Shown piece after piece: positions 56,381 to 64,000 of a stretch of DNA of 64,000 bases. The translations under genes and the position numbers were made by a program. The stretch is from Eledone cirrhosa (lineage: Eukaryota): positions 313,410,001 through 313,474,000 of the forward strand of contig OZ024741.1 of the NCBI GenBank assembly GCA_964016885.1, read 5' to 3'. Numbering within the stretch: position 1 is the stretch's first letter; each line of letters begins with the position of its first letter. The notes below the pieces were generated by a model. It had not been told where the DNA came from and did not search any database. It saw only the letters and a program-made list of their open reading frames with translations.

Positions 56381-59300
56381 GGGCATTCCTTTCTTTGTTT
56401 CTGTGCCTCTCCTTTGTTCTGTCCTACGCCATTTTGTTTCTGTGTGTGTGATGTGTGCTCAGTCTGCGCATGCGCCACATCCGTGTGTCTGTGTGTGTTT
56501 ATGTTCTTTTATTTATTTGTTTATTTACATTTTACTGGTTGGTTGTTTGTTCTATGTGTGTGTGTGTTTTCATTTTGTCCTTAATTGTAAGTTGTGATGC
56601 TGCTGTTCTACTCATATTTTCTATTTAAATTTGGTTGTAATTCTTTTATGTTTATTGCCTCTGTAATTTGTCTAAACATTGCGTCTTTTCTGTGTGTAGA
56701 TTCTATTTTTATTTCTATGTTCTCTAATTTACCCTTGTGTTCTATTTTAGCATGTTGGTAGAGTACAGATGATTCTTTATTATCTTGAAGGTCTCGCCAG
56801 TGTTCATTTATCCGTTCCCCTACACTACGAGCTGTCTCACCAATGTACACTATATTTTTGTCTCTACATTGTCCTTCAGTACATCTTATGCTATACACTA
56901 CATTTCTAGTTTTACAGTTAATATGGGGGCTTATTTTACAGGTTATACATTTCCTATCTATACATGAGGGTCTTTGAAAAGGGTATGTCTTGCTAATAAG
57001 TGTTTTTACGGAGGTACCTGGTCTTTCTACTATCTCAATATTGAGTTTATGTTTATTTAGGGCCCTTCTAAATTTGTAAGCTAATTCACCTCTAGGGGTT
57101 GTATCGATGAACATTACACTCTGGTATCTATTGCTATCATACCATGAGTTTATTCTATTAGCCGTGTTCCTAGTTCTTTCTATTCTATTCCAAAATTTGC
57201 TCCTATACAAGGGACAGGTCCCATTTATGTCATTATTTACCATTTTTTACCATTTGGTTCTGGCTCCTCTATAAACTCTGATTTTATCTCTCTGATTGTA
57301 GCCAGAGAACTGCATACGGTGGATGAAGTGCTGTATGTGTCTCTCTAGTTCTTCGGGGTTGCACATGCGGGACACATTTCTCATCACCCGTACCAAATCC
57401 GCAATCAGTATGTTGATTTTGGTATGGTCCGAAACGGCCGAGTTTCGGTGGATCAGATGTTTGGAAGTCATGGGTTCGGCATAATGGGAATGGAGGATTT
57501 GTTTTTTGTTGTTAACCCCACATCACTAACACAAGAGAGGTAACACCACAGGAGTATGAGGATAGAGAAAAAGCCCTCAATGCCCATATGGTGATGTGGA
57601 CGAATATAATGCAGCCCAACAAAAGGACTGCCAACAACTTCCAGGCCTGGAACAATGACGTGCTGACGTTGTATAGGCTTCGAAAAGACCATAAAACGGA
57701 CTGTGACCCAGTCGCGGGACCACGAACACGGCCAGTCTGTGGAGCTAACATTGCTAGTAACTACAGACTATCCTACTTCCTCTCCCTGATCATACGCCTC
57801 ATCATTGAAATGTTCCCAGATGTATGTGACAGCACGGAGGACCTCCTCAGCAGAATCGGCGTGAGTAACCGATCTGGGGACCTTACAAACTGCATAATAG
57901 GCAGTATGGATGTTGTGTCCCTGTATCCATCTATTGACGTGGATTTTGCTGTGGAGAAATGCGTAGAAATGATCAGTGAGAGCATTGTTGAGTTCCGTGG
58001 GATTGATACCAGTGATCAGGGACTCCTACTTAGGCTTACCTATAGTAATAATTACCTAGACATATATGATCTTAGCAACCTGTGCCCTACAAGACCAGCA
58101 AGAGGCAGACCACCTACCATTACCTCAATGGCCAAGAAAATCCACACAGATAGATGAAACGGGTGGACCAGAGCCATACGGACACCAGAAAAACACGATG
58201 AACTGAAGAATATGATTGCACATGCGGTAGGGGCCAGCATAAAACTAACTCTTAAGGAGCATATGTTCAAATTTAATGGAAAAACATATGCCCAAGAGGA
58301 AGGAGCAGCCATTGGTGTTAGCATTGCAGGCGACATAGCTAACTTATGCATGATATGGTGGGACAGTAGACTTAAACTTAAACTTAAAGAACAATTAGAA
58401 GACCCCTTAACCCTGATAATGTACTCCCGCTACGTAGATGATATAAACATCGTAATTAAGACACCCCCACTAGAGAACAGTCAGGAACTAGAGAAAAACA
58501 CAATGGAAAGCAACCAGCAAATAGCAAACTCCATCCACCAGAGCATTAGAGTTACTATAGACTACCCAAGTAAACACCCCAACCATCGATTACCTGTACT
58601 AGACACAGAGCTCTGGTTAGATACCATTAACAACAAAAAACAAATCCTCCATTCCCATTATGCAAAACCCATGACTTCCAAACATCTGATCCACCGAAAC
58701 TCGGCCGTTTCGGACCATACCAAAATCAACATACTGATTGCGGATTTGGTACGGGTGATGAGAAATGTGTCCCGCATGTGCAACCCCGAAGAACTAGAGA
58801 GACACATACAGCACTTCATCCACCGTATGCAGTTCTCTGGCTACAATCAGAGAGATAAAATCAGAGTTTATAGAGGAGCCAGAACCAAATGGTAAAAAAT
58901 GGTAAATAATGACATACATGCGACCTGCCCCTTGTATAGGAGCACATTTTGGAATAGAATAGAAAGAACTAGGAACAAGGCTAATAGAATAAACTCATGG
59001 TATGACAGCAATAAATACCAGAGTGTAATGTTCATCGATACAACCCCTAGATGTGAATTAGCTTACAAATTTAGAAGGGCCCTAAATAAACATAAACTCA
59101 ATATTAAGATAGTAGAAAGACCAGGTACCTCCGTAAAAACACTTATTAGCAAGACATACCCTTTTCAAAGACCCTCGTGTATAGATAAGAACTGTATAAC
59201 CTGTAAAATAAGCCCCCATATTAACTGTAAAACTAGAAATGTAGTGTATAGCATAAGATGTACTGAAGGACAATGTAGAGACAAAAATATATTGTACATA

Positions 59301-59761
59301 GGTGAGACAGCCCGTAGTGTAGGGGAACGGATAAATGAACAGTGGCGAGACCGTCAAGATAATAAAGAATCATCTGTACACTACCAACATGCTAAAATAG
59401 AACACAAGGGTAAATTAGAGAACATAGAAATAAAAATAGAATCTACACACAGAAAAGACGCAATGTTTAGACACATTACAGAGGCAATAAACATAAAATA
59501 ATTACAACCAAAATTAAATAGAAAATATGAGTGGAACAGCATCATTACAACTTATAATTAAAGACAAAATGAAAACACACACACACATAGAACAAATAAC
59601 CAACCAGTAACATGTAAATAAACAAATAAATAAATAAACATAAACACACACAGACACTCGGATGTGGCGCATGCGCAGACTGAGCACACAACACACACAC
59701 AGAAACAAAATGGCGTAGGACAGAACAAAGGAGAGGCACAGAAACAAAGAAAGGAATCCCC

Positions 59762-59806
59762 AGTCACTGAGGAGTTCACAGAGTATGTGACGAAAGAACT
59801 ATGACT
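59762..59806 (+). ncRNA. Type I hammerhead ribozyme (PLE family 3)
   Basis: agtca-CTGAGGA-gttcaca-gagta-tgtgac-GAAA-gaac-TA-tgact. Predicted cleavage after 59801. Confidence 0.75.
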
Positions 59807-59958
59807 ATATACAAACAATTATCTGGTTGTGGAACCAACCAACCAACCAGAAATTTATAGATTTATAAATTTATTATAAATTTATTATAATAAATTGAAG
59901 TGAAAGCAACTGGTGCGTGTGTTTCTTATTGGCAACATGACCCTCCCAAAGTATAACA

Positions 59959-60012
<54 letters not shown>

Positions 60013-60498
60013 CACTTATATATACACCCTATATGCCGGTGAAAAATGTGATCCACTGCATATGTCGACCCATCAAATATGTGGTGTAATTCAGGTTGAA
60101 GCCTATATAAACCGGTTGATACGAGACCCCAGGTATAAGCCATTACCATCTGCCCAGCCGTAGATATGCTTGCCGTTAACAAAAAGATTTAACTGAACTG
60201 TTTTATTAGTAAACAACTTGCTACCACCCCGTCACTTGATATGCGCATATTTTAAAAACCTAAATATTCCTTATCCAATTTGTATCGTTATTACGTAGCG
60301 ATATGATTTTCCTTTCCACCTGTTTTCTTTCGTGGGGAAATTACCGGAGAATTTCCGATAGTTTAGATAATTCAGTGAATGAGTATACCATTCATATTCT
60401 AACTATGATATTCATGATAATATTATAGATATATATGTGTGTATATATGTAAGTATGTATGTATTTATGTATGTATATATGTATGTTTGTATGTATGT

Positions 60499-61107
60499 CT
60501 GGTCACCAGTTGGTGCTACTGGTAACATGTATCCCAGTACAACCTGTCTCATGGTCGGGTCGTTGGCGACTAAACTGGCAATCCCACAAAGGTTTCTTTG
60601 TGAGGAGGGTGATTTTGGACATCCTGCAGGACTAAAAACAAAACCTGTCAAAGGGCAAAGGAGCTCTTAGGAGTCAATGGCCATCCGAAATCACCGGGAG
60701 AGATGACCCCTTAGCCTTTGTCAAGGCAGAATTCTAGGAGAAGGAAAACTCGGATAAACACCTGCAACCCTGATGGTATCCAATGATGTTGACTTGTTCT
60801 TCTTTTTGGTAAATATCATCTTGGTTAAGAGAGAGGGACTATCTTTGTGCAGTGCCATTGCTCACTATAAAAGCTTCACGGCACAGGCATTGCTTTATAT
60901 CTGGAGATCTCTCTGCACTTGTCATCACATGGTTCCATGGGCCCAGCACTATGTGTCAATAATTGTCACAAGTGTAGTGTTTGTACCAGAGTTTTCAAGT
61001 CACTGGCTGGACTAAAAAGTCACACTCGTTCAGCGCATCGGTAGGGGTTCTCCTACATGGATATAAAGTAGTGGCCGTACTCGAAAAAAACGAGTTGGCA
61101 GCCACCA
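60499..61107 (+). mobile_element. Non-coding retroelement sharing the RTE 3' tail (SINE or internally deleted RTE)
   Basis: 3' end tggccgtactcg..gagttggcagccaccatgtatg resembles the RTE end tggccatactcg..gagggggcagccatcatgtatg. Flanked by (TATG)n. Confidence 0.6.
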
Positions 61108-61460
61108 TGTATGTATGTATGTATTTATGTATGGATGTGTGTGTGTATGTATGCATTTCTATATATACAGTATATAATATATATATTGTAGAATATGGTA
61201 ATATTTGGAAGGATTATATATGAACATTTTTCCCATAATATTGTTTGTTACTTTCATAACTTTATTAACATTGCATTTAATTGAAGTAAAAATCCAAGTA
61301 TTTTGTTATAAAGGATCGATATAATATTCAATAAATCTCCAACTTCATTTGATTAGCACAAGTCCACTTTAATCTTGAAATTTAATATAAAATTCTATCA
61401 TTGATATATGTAGGTAATTAATGATATCTTAAACTTTATCATATATATTAATAAATTTAG

Positions 61461-61595
61461 AATGCCCAGCAGGAAAGTTTGGTGTTGCTTGTGATGGGAC
61501 CTGTCATTGTATTTACAACGCGAACTGTGACAGGCGAAATGGAATATGTTTACATGGATGTGCTGTAGGCTATACTGGTTTCAATTGCCAAGAAG
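61461..61595 (+). CDS. EGF-like exon C4 (135 nt, phase 1-1)
   Basis: tttag|...GAAG|gtatgt; [45 protein letters not shown], translated by hand. Confidence 0.83.
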
Positions 61596-61668
61596 GTATG
61601 TCATATAATTGTTACGTATTTATTATACACATGATCACACACATGCACACACCCATACACACACAAAT

Positions 61669-61709
<41 letters not shown>

Positions 61710-62211
61710 AAAATGCATGTATATATGTACCGTATATGCCGATGTAAAAGTTGATCCGCTGCATATCTCGACCCGTCCAATGTTGTGGTATAAATCCGGT
61801 TTGGGCTTATATACGCCAGTTTAGACGACACCCTGGTATAAGGGATTATCTTTTCCCCAGCCGTAGATATGTTTGCCGTTGTTTCTTTGCATGAAATAGA
61901 AAACATTAAAATAGAGACTAATTAGTTGTAACATAAAAATGCATGTCAAGAAAGTACAAGTTGCAAAATTTATTTTTCTGTTAACAAAATGATTTAACTG
62001 AACAGTTTTATTAGTAAACAATATACTACGACACCGTGTTAGTTTTAAAACCTAAATATTCCTTGTCCAATGTGCATCAGCTTAGATGACGATATATATT
62101 TACTGTCGTCCTGTTTTGTTTCGTGGAGAAATTACAGTAGTTTTCGCGATAATTTAGATAATTCAGTGAATCAGTATACCATTAATATAGTAACTAGAAT
62201 ATTAATACAAA

Positions 62212-63337
62212 TAGGTACGCTTGTGACGACAATGCAAGCTATGTACAGGGGTGCTGTCAGTCAAGTGACAATATAAATGGAGTTTAGTGAGGAATTCCAG
62301 ATACACGTAATGTTGTTCATTATAGTCCCCCAACCATAAACAGAGGAGTTTAAGGCTGGCTGCCCATGGGAACTTCTCTATGCTGATGATCTGGTTCTTA
62401 TAGCACATTCAGTAGAGGAGCTAGAGAATACATTCTGGCTATGGAAACAACAGTTTGAATCAAGAGGCCTGAGTGTGAACATAACTAAAACAAAAGTGTT
62501 GATAAGTGGAAGACAGGACAATGCACTGATTCCTTCAGGGAATTGGCTATGTTAGATATATAGGAAAGAAACTGGCATAAATTATATAAAATGTACACAA
62601 TGTTGATCTTGGAGACACAAGAGATATAGTGGGATAGCAGGCAAACTAACAGGTAGGGACAACTACGTATTCAATAGATGTACAGGGAAAGTTGGGAGTA
62701 GTAATTGCTGTGATAGATTCATTGTTCCAATGCAGGTGGGTTCTATAGAAGTGGTTGATAGCTTCCGGAACCTAGGTGATCAGATACGCATGGGAGGATG
62801 GTGTTCTGCGTCCATAGTATCTAGAATAAGGACGGGTTGGAAGAAGTTTATGGAGCTGCTTCCTTTGTTGACAAAGCAGCGTTTCTCCCTTCGTAGAAAT
62901 GGACGGTTATATGATACATGTGTGAGATGCGAGGATGCTGCATGGTAGTTAGAAATGGACACGACTGCTGAAGATATGAGATGGCTGGAGAGAAATTAAG
63001 CAAGTATTCATAGTTGGAGGTGCAATTTTAATGTGCGTGAACGACAAAGCATAGACGAGTTGAGAAAGAAACTGGATATAAGAAGGATAAGTTGTGGTGT
63101 GCAGAAGAGAAGGCTGAGATGGTATGGACATATGATGTGCATGGGGGTTGAATGCTGGGTGAAGAAGTGCCAGGAAGTGCAAGTGGCGGGGAGAAGCAGT
63201 ATAGGTAGACCAGAGAAACATGGGCGGAGCTGGTGAAACTCACCGAGGAGATGACAAAGGACCGTATCAAGTGGGGAGATGCTGTGCTGAATAGGACCAG
63301 TCCAACCATTGCAATCATGGAAAAAAGGGCGGAAAAA
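62212..63337 (+). mobile_element. RTE family 2 fragment after exon C4
   Basis: Paralog of 17688-18765 (WELLYADDL, RLRWYGH). Confidence 0.85.
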
Positions 63338-64000
63338 TCATAATAAATAAAAATGCATGTGAAGAAAGTATAATTTGCCAAATATAGTTTTAAGTTAACA
63401 AAATGATTTAACTGAACATTTTTATTAATAAACAAGATGCTACCACACCATCACTTGATACGCGGTAAATTTAAAAAGCTAAATATTCCTTATCCAGTGT
63501 GTATCATTATTACGTGGCGATATGATTTTACTTTCGACCTGTTTTGTTTCGTGGGGAAATTACCGGAGATTTTCCGATAGTTTAGATAATTCAGTGAATC
63601 AGTATACCATTCATATTATAACTATGATATTCATAATATTACATATATATATATATATATGTGTGTGTATGTGTATATATATGTATGTATTTATGTATTT
63701 ATGTATGTGTGTATTTGTGTAAATATGCATTTCTATATATACCGTATATAATATATATATTGTAGAATATGGTAATATTTGGAGGGATTATAAGTGATAT
63801 CTTTCTTATAATAGTGTTTGTTACATTCATAATATTATTAACATTGCATTTAATTGAACTAAAAATCCTAATATTGTCATAAATAGTATTCAATAAATCT
63901 ACAACTTCATAAATAGTATTCAATAAATCTACAACTTCCTTTGTTTAGCACAATAACAGATTTAATCTTGAAATTTAATATTGATATATGTATGTAATTA

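Larger units (their letters stand above)
56124..59958. mobile_element. PLE family 3 with large inverted duplication
   Basis: Plus copy 57516-59958 (MDVVSLYPSI, GAAIG, YSRYVDDI, YIGETARS). Minus copy 56185-57515 mirrors 58627-59958. Confidence 0.92.

Noticed and set aside
60500-60580. HDV-like ribozyme at the 5' end of the RTE-tailed element
   Set aside because: P2/P4-like pairings are present, but I could not assemble P1 and P1.1 by eye.

Overview
Eukaryotic, AT-rich, microsatellite-dense genomic DNA, probably from a cephalopod such as an octopus. That assignment is an inference from a tRNA-derived SINE with a Nin/Deu-type central domain and from the repeat landscape. The main host structure is a + strand array of 11 paralogous exons, ten of 135 nt and one shortened to 120 nt. 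All are symmetric (phase 1-1) and each encodes one 8-Cys laminin/MEGF-type EGF-like module; a 12th is predicted just past the window end. The exons fall into three classes (A, B, C) arranged in four higher-order duplication units: A-B-C, A-C, A-B-C, A-B-C. All A copies are splice-dead, while B and C copies keep AG/GT and all 8 Cys. The introns hold a decayed autonomous Helitron, two non-autonomous Helitron families, three Penelope-like element (PLE) families (some as inverted or fold-back copies), two RTE LINE families, R4/Dong-like fragments, a full-length Gypsy LTR element with a target-site duplication (TSD), and a SINE. Reading by eye shows about a dozen minimal type I hammerhead ribozyme motifs from several PLE-related families. 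They include a 391-bp near-perfect palindrome carrying one intact and one catalytically mutated hammerhead. Coordinates were counted by hand; transposon ends are approximate unless termini or a TSD are quoted.
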